A stretch of DNA of 64,000 nt from Octopus vulgaris (taxonomy: Eukaryota). Numbering within the stretch: the stretch's first letter is position 1; each line of letters starts with the position of its first letter. Positions 14,320-28,562 of this stretch are shown here, piece by piece. The DNA lies in assembly GCA_951406725.2 (NCBI GenBank), contig OX597830.1, positions 51,212,001 to 51,276,000 of the forward strand, written 5' to 3'. A program made the position numbers and the translations under genes. The notes under the pieces are model-generated. The model saw nothing but the letters and a program-made list of their open reading frames with translations, did no database searches and was not told the DNA's origin.

Positions 14320-14630
14320 TAATTTTTTAAATGTCTTGCTTTGAAAAATTGCATTTGGGTAGAATTAGTAAAATTTTTGATAGAAATGACTAATGTCCCT
14401 CTTAGCGTGTGGTTTGTATGTATAATAATGCCCTCTATATATAAATTAATATGTTCAATAAGAAAGAATTATTTTCGAAATTTTTATCTTATGAGGTTTT
14501 TCACGCTATCTACCTGATAATTTCTTGTTAAGATTCCTTATTAAGAGGTTATCCTTAATTGTTAAATAATTATATATATACATATATATATATACATACA
14601 TATATACAAGCACACATACACAGACACACA

Positions 14631-15453
14631 CAGGGCACGATGTTCAAATTGTCACCATTTATATTTTTAATTTCGTGCATGTGCATTGTTTGCTTTTGAT
14701 TTTGTTGACTACACAGTATAGTAGGGTCAGTTGGGCACGATCTGTGAGAAACATAGCACCTTGGCACAATGCACTCTGCCAGAAATTTGGAAACAACATG
14801 CTATACGCTTTGTCATTCGCGCCGGAATCTCCAATACGAACATTTCAGAGTGTTTGGGTGTCAGTCTGATGACATGCACCGAACGTGATGAAAATCAAAC
14901 ATCAAACATCCAGTCAACAAGTGATGGCGATGTTATGCCTCCATTCATCTTCTCACACGGTCTCAAACTCAATACAAAGGCCTTCATCAAGTGCTTGGAG
15001 GAGGTAGTGCTGCCCTGGGTCAAGAGGGTGGCTGCTGGAAGACCCTATGTCTGACAACATGACTCTGCACCATGCCACACAAACAGGAGCACCTAGTCAT
15101 CGCTGTCAGACAATTTCTGCGACCACATTACCCCTAACATCTGGTCACTTAACTCCCCAGACTGTAACCCTTTTCTGTGGGGCGTAATAGAACAAGAGAC
15201 CAAGAAAACTGCTTGTAAGACCAAAAATAGCAGCATTCACTAACTTAAGGAGACTGTCCAGATGAATTGCAGGTAATTCCGAAATGATCTGGAGGACGTG
15301 GTTGAAGCCAATGGTAATTTTATTGAATAAATTTACTCATTAGTATTTCAAAATATTTTTATGCAATTTCGGTAAATACACCTGTTAAAACGAGATGTCA
15401 GTATTATTTTCATTTTTGCGTAATTTAGACGACAATATATTCACCCCGCCCTG
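14631..15453 (+). mobile_element. Internally deleted Tc1/mariner element (maT/DD37D-like)
   Basis: Imperfect TIRs cagggc...ttgtc; MPPFIF..VLPWVKRVAAGRPYV*QHDSAPCH..W..NSPDCNP. Confidence 0.8.
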
Positions 15454-15828
15454 TGTGTGTGTATGTGTGTGTGTGTGTGTGTGTGTACTACCTGTACTAC
15501 CTAATCAGGAATACCACTTTAAGTTGCAAATAAACTTTACTCTGTAGAATTGTGACTGTTATTAGTATAATTATTGTTATTATTGCTACTATAATTATTA
15601 TTAATAACGTAATTAACATCAATGAGACGATTACAGGGAGAGTTAGGGAAAAGTTGGTCATCTTATTTAATTTGTTTCTTATATCCTGCTTTATATAAAG
15701 CTGAGTTATAAAAGTCAGCTTTACTATTGAAAACGGTTTGGTTGGCGGATAAGTTAGGTATTCTAAGCAATATATGTTTAACCAAATTTTTTGTTATATT
15801 GTTATGGTGGTTATTAAAGATGCTGATG

Positions 15829-16260
15829 TACGAAGGGTGTATGAAAAGTTTTGAGCCTTAAAAAACAAAACATAGTACAAGACTTCTGATTATTCATTTT
15901 TCAACATAGACCCCTCGATGGCTGAACACTTTCTCCAGCGATGCTGAAGCGCTATTATCCCGGCGAAGAGGAACTCTTTTGTTTGAGACTCTAAGAAACT
16001 TCCTACAGCGTATATGACGTCATTGTCACTGACAAAATGGCGACCAGCCAGGGCTTTTTTCATTTGGGGAATAGATGAAAGTCAGAGGGGGATGAGTCTG
16101 GCGAATAAGGCGGATGGTGAACAAGTTCGTATCCACAATCACGAATTGTTGCCATGGCAACCACTGAGATGTGGGCTGGAGCTTTGTCAATACGAAAAGG
16201 ACTCCTCTGGTGAGCATTCCCGGCCTTTTTCTTTTATTGGGATTGACTTGAGAGTATGAA
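15829..16260 (-). mobile_element. Mariner transposase C-terminal relic with TIR
   Basis: KRPGMLTRGVLF..HPPYSPDSSPSDFHLFP..LAGRHF..LQHRWRKC; terminus tacgaagggtgtatgaaaagtt. Confidence 0.85.
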
Positions 16261-16859
16261 TTATACTTTCTCTGACTGCTTAAGGTGCCTATGCCGTTGT
16301 AAACATGCGTAGACACATACTGGAGCCCCTCATCCTTGATACCAGCGGGACATCTAAGATGTGATGGCTGGAGAGAGGGAGAGAGAGAGACAGAGACAAA
16401 CAGACAAAAGGCTGCACTAGCACTGGGCTGACGCTCCTTTTCAGCTGAGTAAAAGGGAGCAACGTGAAAGTGTCCCTTACTGAAGGACACAACACACTAC
16501 CCAGTCAAGGAATTGAACCCTTGACCCTAGGTTACGCACCTTCACAAACACACATCCACATGTACATATATGCACTATATGCACACACAGAAACACAGAT
16601 ATGTGTATATGTTGGAATATATGTGTGATTGTGTATGTATATATGTATGTATATATATACGTGTGTGTATGTGTGTGCGCGCATTTGCGTATTACTTTCA
16701 GAAGGAGGGCGTTGCCTGTGACCTTTGCAAGCCCTCTATGACAGTGAGCTTAATGTCATTAATGCCCTGTTTAAACTGTAGTAGGACAACATATGCAAGG
16801 AAGACATGAGCAGGGAGAAAATGCTAACGTGTCTATGTTATGGGAAGAAAAGACGGCGC

Positions 16860-17690
16860 GTAGTGGCCAGTGCAGGGCCGACATAGTTGAGCGTTACATA
16901 AATGATGAGAGATGGGAAGACGTTTAGTTCTATGGATGCTTGAAGGATGGGGTCAGGAGATCTGAAAACTCCGAGAAAGGGTACTGATAGAAAAGGCTGA
17001 TAAAGGAGGCAATGTACCGGCTACAGTTAGTTAATTAATAATTGAAAAACTATTAGTGGAGTGGCCAATATTTGGATGCGATTCAGATTGTTTGTGTGTG
17101 AGCAATAGCAGCACCATTCTAGATAGGGGAGCAGTAATTTATTGAGGACCTTCCTTAAAGCTTGTAGAGTATTTTCAGTCGTTGGATAATGAAATATATT
17201 CTTGCCCTGAGGACCACATTCCACTTATCAGGATATGGTTCTAGCTTTGATAATGCTGCGCTTTAACCAGAAGAGATCTTCGGTATTAGTAAAGACCCGT
17301 ATTTGGAACAGCTGTGAGGATTATAGTTGAATATCATTCAAGTATATAGGAGTATGTAGAGAAGTTTCCTTCGTGTAAATAAAACTTAATTCTTTTACTG
17401 TTAAAGCAGACAAGATCGGCGCACAACCACAGAAGGAGACTCTCAACGTCTCTGTAGATGAAAGCAAAGTAGTGTGATCTCCAAGCTGCGTGTGGGTGAT
17501 GCATGGTTAGGATTATTCAGTGATTTTATCCGCATGACAGAGGGGTTTTGTTGGACGTGGCGGCATTTAGACCATTGGGGTTTTGAACAAGGAGAGTTTG
17601 GGGACAAACCAAAACCGTGAAGATCGCTAGGGTTTATTGAGAGAAAGGAAGGAGCGGCGATGGCACAATCACATAGAAAGTTACCTATGT
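16860..17690 (-). mobile_element. Decayed CR1/L2-like LINE RT C-terminal fragment
   Basis: LLLPYLEWCC..LNRIQILATPLI resembles the RPxLEYxx..LDRIQ region. Confidence 0.45.
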
Positions 17691-17719
17691 GTATATATGT
17701 GCATATGTATGAATGTATG

Positions 17720-18840
17720 TATGTCATTGTTCAGTTTTATTTCAAGATTTGTTGCAAATAGAGAAAGAGCCGGTTTCTACCCTAGATTTAAGGTTCTTTC
17801 ATTTGAATTTTAATATCAACAACAAGCTATTATGTATGTATGTATGTATGTATGTATGTATGTATGTATGTATGTATGTATGTATGTATGTATGTATGTA
17901 TGTATGTATTTATGTATGTATGTATGCATGTATTTATATGTGTAAATGTGTATGTTTTGCTTTATGTATGTATTCTCATGCATATTCTTGCATTTCTAGA
18001 CATGTTCATATATATTTAAATGATAAACTTCTGGAAAGTTTTACAGTTCCAGTGATGGATTGTATCTGTAGTCTTCGTATTAGCTTTCTCCTTTTCTGGT
18101 TTTGGGAAGCCAAATTTCTCACGGTTGGTATTTAGGCAGTGTATTACATATCCCAGGATCCCATTAAGTGCAGGTAAAAACCTGAACTTGTAATCTGGAT
18201 AGAGTAACTACAGATTTCTCAATAGTTCAGCGTGGATATTCTCTTCTTCACTGATCTTCATCTTTATGTTAACATCCGCTGGGCAGCTAATTCCCACAAC
18301 TGTACACAGTTTCTCTTCTCTATCTCAAATCATTATATTAGGTCTGTTGTGCTTACATTTTATTGAGGTCTTCACTGGGACATTCCACCAATATTCGTTT
18401 TTTATTATGAGTGTCTATGGCTTCTACCTTATTGTGAGTTCTTACTGCTTTCTTCTCAGGATTATCCTTCCGATAGATTTCATTTTAGAGTGTCCACGCT
18501 ACAACGTCGTGTCACATCGGTGGATTTTACCGTGATGACATTTTCGGAAAACTGCTTATGACGTGGGCGATATCTTTGGTGTTAACTCCACAAAGTTTGC
18601 ATCGGTTGTCACACTTTACTACTTTTCCTGCATCTCTATCCTTTTTGTGCATCATGTATTTGTTTGATATTTCCTGTTCCTAGATTGCAAACGCATATCC
18701 TTCAAAGTGGGAGGTAGTATCCGATTGTTGGTCCATGATAGACTGCTTTGATGACCAATGTTACTATCATCTGGGAGCTTTCTACTAGCATGTCCTTGCA
18801 TAGTCTTCTGCTCATAAAGGCTCATCCTTCCATCTGATAA
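17720..18840 (-). mobile_element. Decayed RLE-type non-LTR element 3' part, (CATA)n-associated family
   Basis: Minus strand: YWWNVPVKT..DREEKLCTVVGISCPADVNI..LQLLYPDYKFRF..LGY..LIRRLQIQSITGT; 3'UTR contains and ends in CATA-type repeats. Confidence 0.75.
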
Positions 18841-19010
18841 TAAACACACACACATACATACATACATACATACATACATACACACACACACATACACACA
18901 CACACATATATATACATACATACATACACACATTAAATGCATATTTTCTGTATGCCTATAGTCATATATGTGTATGTATGAACGTGTATATATAAATAAA
19001 ATATAAATAA

Positions 19011-19099
<89 letters not shown>

Positions 19100-19251
19100 T
19101 GTATAAATATATATGTATGTATATATACACTGAAATATATATATGTATATATATACATTTATATTTATATCTACACATATATACACACATACATACACAC
19201 ATTATATGCATATTTTCTGTATGCCTGTAGTTATATATGTGTATGAATGAA

Positions 19252-19309
<58 letters not shown>

Positions 19310-19916
19310 AACTTAAATGTTAACGACATATTTTCAGTTTCCACCGATCGAAAAAGATTAATAGGAAAGTTCCCATTCCAGAGGAAAGAGAAAACAAGAG
19401 GCAAGCAACACGAACATATATTCTTTAATGTGAAAATCGTCTGCAAAACGAGGAATGTGATTACGAAATGAGAGTCTCTCAACTTGGTCTAAATACATTA
19501 CAGTCGATTCCAAGTATTAACTATTAATCCATCTACTTAATCTTCCAAACTAAAATTATTGTCACAGTGTTTTTGTACTAAGCTTATGTTCGGTTAACAC
19601 CCTGTTGCTTACAAGTACGGTAGAAAATTTGAATTATGCATGATATGTGAATTTATATATATATAACTGGTTATGTAAACATGCGTGCGCATCTGTGCGA
19701 GTGTACATGTTTGTGTGTGTACATGTGTGTGTGTGTGTATGTGTATGTATGTGTTAGTATGTGTGTGTATGTGGTGAGAGTGTGCACGTAGAGTTGATAT
19801 CCGCCTCTATGATATATATGCGCATTATGTATAAAATTGTTTAAATATTATAACCACCGAATCATGTTTTATGTTCATAATAAAGAATAGAATTTATTGA
19901 ACATTCAAAAATGTAC

Positions 19917-20011
<95 letters not shown>

Positions 20012-20043
20012 GTTGTAAATCTCTATGTATGTATTTCTGTATG

Positions 20044-20087
<44 letters not shown>

Positions 20088-20163
20088 CATATATATTTAT
20101 TAATACACATACGTCATAATACACACACACACATATATATATATATAATATATAGATACGTAC

Positions 20164-20201
<38 letters not shown>

Positions 20202-20465
20202 ACATACATACGTACGTATATACATGCATACATAACGTACATACGTAGAGAGATGGGGAGACCGTGTGTGTGTACATATGTGCCTGTAGGTGCGTGTGTG
20301 TGTGTGTGTGTTTATATATGTGTATGTGTTTATATATGTGTGTGTATGTGTGCATGTGTGGTGGGAGTGTTCATGTAGAGTTAGCACGACGTACGTGTAT
20401 TGTGTACATTCGCGATATGTGTAAAATTGTATAGATTTAAACACAAATAATTTATATCTATGTAA

Positions 20466-20510
<45 letters not shown>

Positions 20511-20520
20511 TATGTATATG

Positions 20521-20577
<57 letters not shown>

Positions 20578-20597
20578 CCTCAAATAATAATTATATA

Positions 20598-20633
<36 letters not shown>

Positions 20634-20637
<4 letters not shown>

Positions 20638-20879
20638 GTTGGTGCATAATAATTGCGTTTTTTTTTCAACAAATTTTATTCAACAAAACAATAACATGTT
20701 GCAGAAACAACTTTAAATGATTATTCCGGAGCATATTCACCATTCACTTCAATTACTGCTTCCCGGTTGCTTGGCAGACGGTCAGACCGTCATTTAAAGA
20801 TGTTTTTGTTAAATATTGCTATTGTTTTTGTTGAATAAAATTTGTTGAAAGACAGCCGCAATAATTATGCTCCATCCCA

Positions 20880-20880
<1 letters not shown>
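20634..20880. mobile_element. Mariner-derived MITE in (TA)n
   Basis: About 90-bp imperfect TIRs (ttgggttggtgcataat / attatgctccatcccag), TA flanks, internal remnant RLPSNREAVIEVNGEY* on minus. Confidence 0.8.
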
Positions 20881-21377
<497 letters not shown>

Positions 21378-21407
21378 CGTGTGTGTGTGTGTGTCTGTTT
21401 ATGTATG

Positions 21408-21491
<84 letters not shown>

Positions 21492-21934
21492 TTCTTCTGA
21501 GGTTCCACTCGCTATGTAGCCCGCATTTTTTCTACTCCATTCCGCAACTCTTGGATTCTTTTTCGCACACTCGCTAACCCTGGTCGTCTACAACTTCTTT
21601 TCTGCTCATCTTTCTTCGATGAAGCAAAATAATCTGCAACCTTCCGTCGCAATAAACCGCTATTGTTTTTGAAAGTTATTTTTTTTATATTTACTACCGA
21701 TTGCGCGAAGCTAACTTTTTTCCAACACCTCGATCCCTGGATCTTACATTTATATGTGTATATATATATATATAAATGCATTTATGTATGTCTATGCGTG
21801 TGTGCGTACAGGTATATATACGCCTATACATACGTATATAGACACGTATATTTTATATTTATACTAAATATAAATATACATACATACATATGTATAAGTG
21901 TTTATGTATTTATATATGAAATAATAATAATAAG

Positions 21935-22002
<68 letters not shown>

Positions 22003-22022
22003 TGATAATAATGATAATAATG

Positions 22023-22092
<70 letters not shown>

Positions 22093-22121
22093 TAATAATG
22101 ATGATGATAGTATTTTATATG

Positions 22122-22369
22122 CTTAATGCTTAAAAGCGATCACCATGCAATAACTACAGAGAATTAGTCTAATATCGTGGCATATAAGCCCTCGATGGAA
22201 AAAATTAGGTTTTCCCGTTCGCATGACTCACTTGTCGCAAAAACGAAGAGTTGAGGGTTCGGGTCCCACGCCTACGGGAAAACCTACTTTTTTCCATAGA
22301 GGGCTTATATGTCCCATTTTTAGACTATTTTCTTTAGTCATTGCACGGTGATCGCTTATAAGATTTAAG
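22122..22369. repeat. Imperfect inverted repeat with mirror-oriented (AAT)n and (ATT)n flanks
   Basis: Arms about 22122-22218 and 22274-22369, 55-nt spacer; (AAT)n 21920-22110 and (ATT)n 22371-22550 extend the symmetry. Confidence 0.8.
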
Positions 22370-22382
22370 TTTATTATTATTA

Positions 22383-22465
<83 letters not shown>

Positions 22466-22472
22466 CATTGTT

Positions 22473-22537
<65 letters not shown>

Positions 22538-22636
22538 ACTATTATTATTTATTTTTACTATTTACGGAATTGTAAAAATCGAAGGTGCTTAACATACTCA
22601 TACATACATATAAGAGACCAAAGTGTACGTACGCCG

Positions 22637-22690
<54 letters not shown>

Positions 22691-23092
22691 AAAAATGCAA
22701 GTTTGGTTATATTCAAAAGACAAACAACCAGACAGATTGACAGGCTGTCAGACATACATGTAAATAGTTATTCTTTATAATTGTATTTTCCATGTATAAG
22801 ATAGTCAAGTGAAAATATGGGAATATGGTTAGAGGAAAAAAATATCTCTCCCCTGTAATCACGTTAATTTACGTTCCGAGTTCAAATCTCGTTACCGTCA
22901 ACTTCACTTTAAATTATTCCGACTTATATAAAAGAATACATCAGTCACGTACGTGTGCCAATGCTATCGATTATATGCCACGTGTGTGGCTTACACCTAT
23001 AACTGGTATTAGTATTACAACTTCCACACGCGACGTTATTAAAGTTATTCATACGTCTATGAAAATTTGTGTGTATATACAACTGTATATGC

Positions 23093-23458
23093 GGGCGGCG
23101 GCGAACTGACAAAATTGTTAGCACGCCAGGCAAATGCTTAGCGGCACTCCGTCGATGTCAACTTTGACTTTCATTCTTCCAGGGTCGATAGAATAAGTTC
23201 CAGTTGAACACTGGGAATTATATATAAATTTCTGCCCTTGTGACTATATTTGAAATGATTATTATTGGTCGCAGAATCGTTTGTACGCCGGGTGAAATGC
23301 TTAGCGGCATTTTGTCCGTCTTTACGTTCTGAGTTCAAATTCCTCCGAGGACAACTCTTTCGGTATCGATAAATTAAGTATCAGTGAAAGACTGGGTTCA
23401 ATGTAATTAACAAATCCCCTTCTCCAAAATGTCAGGCCTTGTACCTATAATAGAAAGG

Positions 23459-23526
<68 letters not shown>

Positions 23527-23730
23527 CAAATAAAGTGGTTATCTGGTAGAATCGTGACCGCACCAGGCAAAATGCTTAGCGGCATTTCTTCTGTCTCTAC
23601 GTTCTGAGTTCAAATTCCGCCGAGGTCGACTTTGCCTTTCATCCTTTTTGGAGTCGATGAAATAATTACCAGTTGAGTGACTTACCGCTTCCTTTGAAAT
23701 TGTTGGGCTAGTGCCAAAAGCATGAAACCA
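23093..23730 (+). mobile_element. Cluster of three SINE family C copies
   Basis: ctggcagaatcgttagcacgcc..gttctgagttcaaattcc..tttcatcc; other copies about 345-495(-), 27845-28058, 28605-28745, 31468-31625, 38830-39030(-). Confidence 0.8.
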
Positions 23731-23952
23731 ATATATGCAAATATGAATAACTCGTGTTAGTTATGTTAGGTTTTGTACCTGCATTTCTGCAGATGCTGGT
23801 ACGGAATACATTTATGGTAGTAATACAACTTATACAAGCCCGCCTGCCTGTATCTATTTATACAGACACACATATACACTTGACTGTATGTGTATATATG
23901 TGTGCGAGGGTTCGCGGGGGTGTGTATATATATATATATATATATTTATATA

Positions 23953-24178
23953 CTTTATTTAAAGCAGCAGAAAATTCAACAAAACCTGTTACTCTGAGTT
24001 TCCCGTTGCCGTTAATCGGACAGTCCATTCTAGCAAAAACTGTCCGATGAACGGCAACGGGAAACTCAGAGTAACAGGTTTTGTTGAATTTTCTGCTGCT
24101 TTAAATAAAGCATATTACTCTACCACTGGTATTTGAGTACTCTTTTTCCACCTTGTTTCACATTTATGTGTTTACTCC

Positions 24179-24180
<2 letters not shown>
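23953..24180 (+). mobile_element. Fold-back element with hammerhead motif in (TA)n
   Basis: 72-bp arms 23953-24024 and 24039-24110 (1 mismatch), 14-nt spacer, 70-nt tail, then (TA)n. Confidence 0.72.
24040..24077 (+). ncRNA. Minimal hammerhead ribozyme variant (U4C)
   Basis: ctgt-CCGATGA-acggcaacgg-GAAA-ctcagag-TA-acag; near-palindromic stem III, GUA triplet, very short stem II. Confidence 0.65.
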
Positions 24181-24231
<51 letters not shown>

Positions 24232-24242
24232 TTATATATATA

Positions 24243-24302
<60 letters not shown>

Positions 24303-25486
24303 TATATATATATGGTGGGAGGATTATATGTACGCACATAAACACTCGCATACAGACAATAACTCTCAGCGTGGTTTGTTTGCGTGTAGATATAGTGAGA
24401 GAAACAGACAATTTAACTGTCGACTACATACCGTCCACCTAATGTATTTATAATGTGCAATTTACTTGAATATAATCGATTTCTTAATATTTGGTGATCG
24501 ATCAAAAGTATTGCTTCCACTGTCATAACTTCTCCTAGATTTCGCTCTTAGACTTGCACTCATTTTAAATGATTTATTAAAAATTAAGACCACGAATAAT
24601 GATATGCCGTAGAGGCGGTAAACGTTAGTTATAAGTTATGAGAATCATTATTGTTTGTTGCCATGTGGTAACTTTTCAATCTGTGTATGGTTGTTTAACC
24701 TCAACTCATCCCTCATTTAATAAACCTTTGATCAAAAGCAACATAGCTATACCCACCCCCATCTTTTCAGGTATACTATATCAAGGACCATGTTTTTCAG
24801 ATTATTATTTTTTTTAAGCACTGTTGAACATCATGTGAGAGAAGTTTAGGTAGTAACTCTAATAGATTTAACTCCACAACGACACTCGTAGCAGTTATGA
24901 ATGCATGCAAGAAGTTCGATGCCATATATTCTGAAGAATTTCTTCAGTTCGTGCAGTTTGTCAGCTAAGAAACAGTTAGTTTATTACTTTTGAAGTTTGT
25001 AGGTTGTCTGTGAAGCGGATGAGGGATTCAGCATATTTATTAGTCACATGTTGCTGTGAGTATATGCTTTCTTCTAACTACTGGAAAATCATCTCAAGAG
25101 AAGGGTTAATATTCTATCGGTTTATTCTAAAAAGAGAGGATTTAAAGAAAGGGTAGACTGGTATGCATGGACGATTGGTGTTCTTCCATAAAACTATGTC
25201 AAACAGGACTTGTGCTTTGGAGGGGAACCTTTTAGGTGTAATCCCAAAGCCATCCGTGACAGAAAGGTGTCTTTAACATGCCCGTGCACCAGACGTGGGA
25301 GTGTGGATGGAAGCGACTTCAAAGCAGTTAGTGGAGTAACTTTGGAGATGCAGTCTAGTCTCAGATGTCAGTGTAAAGAGCAGTAACAACTTGAGATGCC
25401 AGTGTGCACGGCAATAACAGTCTGTGTAAAGAGAAGTATGACACTTAACACTTTGGTGAACATTCAGAACAGTGTCAGTAGCAAAT

Positions 25487-25960
25487 AATCCTTTGTACTA
25501 TAGACACAAGGCCCGAAATTTGTGGGGAGGAAACTAGTCGATAACATCGACCTCAGTGTTTCACTGGTACTTAATTTATCGACCCAGAAAGGATGAAAAG
25601 CAAAGTCGACCTCAGCGGAATTTGAACTCAGAACGTAGCGGCAGACGAAATACTGCTAAGCATTTTGTCCGGCGCGCTAACGATTCTGCCAGCTCGCCGC
25701 CTTTATCAGCGTGCTGAAGATTCTACTAGCTCGCCGTCCTCTACCACAATGATCCTTTTAACTATAGACACAAGGCTTGAAATTTCGGGGAAGGGGTAAG
25801 TCGATTGCAGTGCACGACTGATACCCGATTTATCGATAGCGACAGGATGAAAAGCAAAGTCGACCTCGGCCGAATTTGAATTCAAAACGTAAAGATGGAC
25901 GAAATGCTGCTAAGCATTTTTTTTCGGCATACAAACGATGTTGTTAGCTTGTCGCCCTCT
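25487..25960 (-). mobile_element. Two SINE family C copies
   Basis: Reverse complement of family C at about 25487-25703 and 25753-25960. Confidence 0.82.
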
Positions 25961-25989
25961 ACAATAATAATAATTACAATAACAATAAC

Positions 25990-26049
<60 letters not shown>

Positions 26050-26050
26050 T

Positions 26051-26091
<41 letters not shown>

Positions 26092-26748
26092 ATTAATAAT
26101 AAAAAATAATAACCACAAAAAGTTCAGTAATTAATTCGTGTTTCTCCTGACAAACAACTCGTGTCCTACAAATCATGGGGCCTTTGCGCGTGAGTGCCCT
26201 CTGCGCGCGCGCGTGTGCTTATGTGTATGTATGTGCGTGAGCCTCTGTGCGTGTGTGTGTGTTTGTCTGTGTCTGTGTGTATATGTGTGTGTGTGAGTGC
26301 GTGCAAATGATTGATTAGAATGGGTGGGGTAGGTGCCATGTTAGAAAAGCTACTGTATGGGCGTGTTTAGTAAATAGCAAGGCTGAAGCTAAAACCTATT
26401 ACAAAAGAAAGACATTTTGAATGAGAACCAATTTCCCTTGCGTTTTCTTTACAGTTGAACACACGAAGAAGAAGATAGGCCAGCAGCACTCATTGTTTCG
26501 TTGTTCTGACTTTAGTGTTGTTTTGTCTCTAACATATCGTCTCACCTATTTAAACAAACCTTATGGCCGGCGTTGTTAAACTTGCTAGTCTTATATAATC
26601 AGTGTTTGGCAGAAACAGATTGAGCTTCCAATAAAATACCTTGAAGAAATTAGTTAAGTTCTGAGTCTAAATACTAACAGAATCGCATTCTCTTTCGACA
26701 TCATTCCGGCATCGAAGAAATGAAGTACCCTTTTCAATTTACATAAAA

Positions 26749-27148
26749 CTAGCAGTATCGCCCGGCGTTGCTCGGGTTTGTAAGGGAAATAACTATATAA
26801 GCATTTTTAGAGAGTTATAGCCAAAAAATAGCAAAAAAATGCATTAAAAATGGAGAAAAAATATTATGGTAATTATGTTTTAAATCGTTGACTCATCGTA
26901 GACATTTTTAGAGAGTTACTTCCCCTATATAATAGCGAAAAAATGCATTAAAATGGAAGAAAAATTATGTTAAATTTTTTTTTTAATCGTAGACTCATCG
27001 TAGACGCGCGCTAATACCCAGAAGGGCTCGATATGAATCACGACTATAAGATACCCGGTTTGGGTTAAACTGCACCGCAAAATGTGGGAGTAGTTAGAAA
27101 TCTAAATCGTAGGAGACAGACATACAACTTGACTTTTATATATAAAGA
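26749..27148 (-). mobile_element. Non-autonomous Helitron, same family
   Basis: Reverse complement has A|TCTTTATATATAAAA and the same hairpin-CTAG|T end; internal duplication of about 100 bp. Confidence 0.88.
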
Positions 27149-27346
27149 TATAAATTTACCGTTTAAGATTAAAGTACCAGTGAAGTACTGTAGTGGATGC
27201 GATGTGACTGACTTTCTTTTCTTTGAAGTATGTCACTTTGTGACTTAGGGATTCCCAAAAGTACCCTCAGGGAGTCTTCTATTCAGGGGAATTATTGATA
27301 GTTGGTCTTTCTGTACATCCTTCGTTATGTAACATTTATTATTATA

Positions 27347-27517
27347 GGCGTAGGAGTGGCTGTGTGGTAAGTAGCTTGCTTACGAACCACATGATCCGGG
27401 TTCAGTCCCACCGCGTGTCACCTTGGGCAAGTGTCTTCTACTATAGCCTCGGGTCGACCAAAGCCTTGTGAGTGGATTTGGTAGACGGAAACTGAAAGAA
27501 ACCCGTCGTATGTATGT

Positions 27518-27601
<84 letters not shown>

Positions 27602-27832
27602 GAGTGTATATATGTTTGTGTGTCTACGTTTGTCTTCCCCCAACATCAGATGACAACCGATGCGGGTGTGTTTACGTCCCCGTAACATAGCGGTTCGGCA
27701 AAAGTGACCGACGATAAAATAGGTACTAGGCTTACAAAGAATAAATCCTGGGGTCGATTTGCTCGAGTAAAAAGGCGGTGCTCCAGCATGGCCACAATCA
27801 AATGACTGAAACAAGTAGAAGACTGAAAGAGT
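27347..27832 (+). mobile_element. tRNA-derived SINE family B with internal (TA)/(TG) microsatellite
   Basis: ggagtggctgtgtggtaag..gggttcagtccca; matches 38277-38746 and 39139-39560. Confidence 0.85.
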
Positions 27833-28056
27833 ATTATTATTATAAGGCGGTGAGATGGTAGAATCGTTATCACACCGAAAAAATCCTCTTGTGTATCTCA
27901 TCTGGCTTAAGGTTCGGAGTTCAAATTTCACCAAGGTTGATTTTGATTTTCATCCTTTCGCGGTCGATAAAATTAGTACCAGTTACGCACTGGGGTCGAT
28001 GTAATCGACTTAATTCCTTCCTCCAAATTTGAGGTCTTGTGCTTCCAATAGAAAGG

Positions 28057-28112
<56 letters not shown>

Positions 28113-28390
28113 AGAGTGAGAGAACAGTGCATGTCATCAAAGTGACACTGGGGTAAAATGTGCGAAGCCCAGAATACCCATCCTGAATACCCGTCTGATA
28201 AGGATACACCAGGCACATGTATCACAACCATATGTGCTCGACATAGTGATATCATATCAAGATAAACAGCGCATGACTTTGAAGGTAGAATGTAGCTAGA
28301 ATTTTCCTTAGGTCGAGTAGCCCATCCGCTAAAAAGGTCCCTAAATATGAGTTGTTTAAGGATGATAAACAAAACACCCATGTTTCCTCT
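28113..28390 (-). mobile_element. Solo copy of the same SINE-like family
   Basis: Shares gagagaacagtgcatg..aatacccatc..caccaggcacatg..ggtcgagta..aaacaccca; abuts (TTA)n. Confidence 0.75.
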
Positions 28391-28511
28391 CGGTGTCGAT
28401 AAATTAAGAACCAGTTGAAAACTAGGGTCGGTATAATCGACACAGTACTTCTTCTAAAATGACTGCTTTCTTGTCAAAATATGAAACCATTATTATTATT
28501 ATTATTATTAA

Positions 28512-28562
<51 letters not shown>

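Larger units (their letters stand above)
13960..14572 (+). mobile_element. Non-coding fold-back element (Penelope-like inverted pLTR plus tail) in (TA)n
   Basis: Arms 13960-14171 and 14243-14454 (212 bp, about 4 mismatches), 71-nt spacer, about 118-nt unpaired tail, TA repeats on both sides, HHR in each arm. Confidence 0.75.

Noticed and set aside
19300-19480. Possible exon (..STDRKRLIGKFPFQRKEK..)
   Set aside because: No donor site or recognisable homology.
26455-26600. Strong splice acceptor ttttctttacag
   Set aside because: No plausible donor or coding signal downstream.
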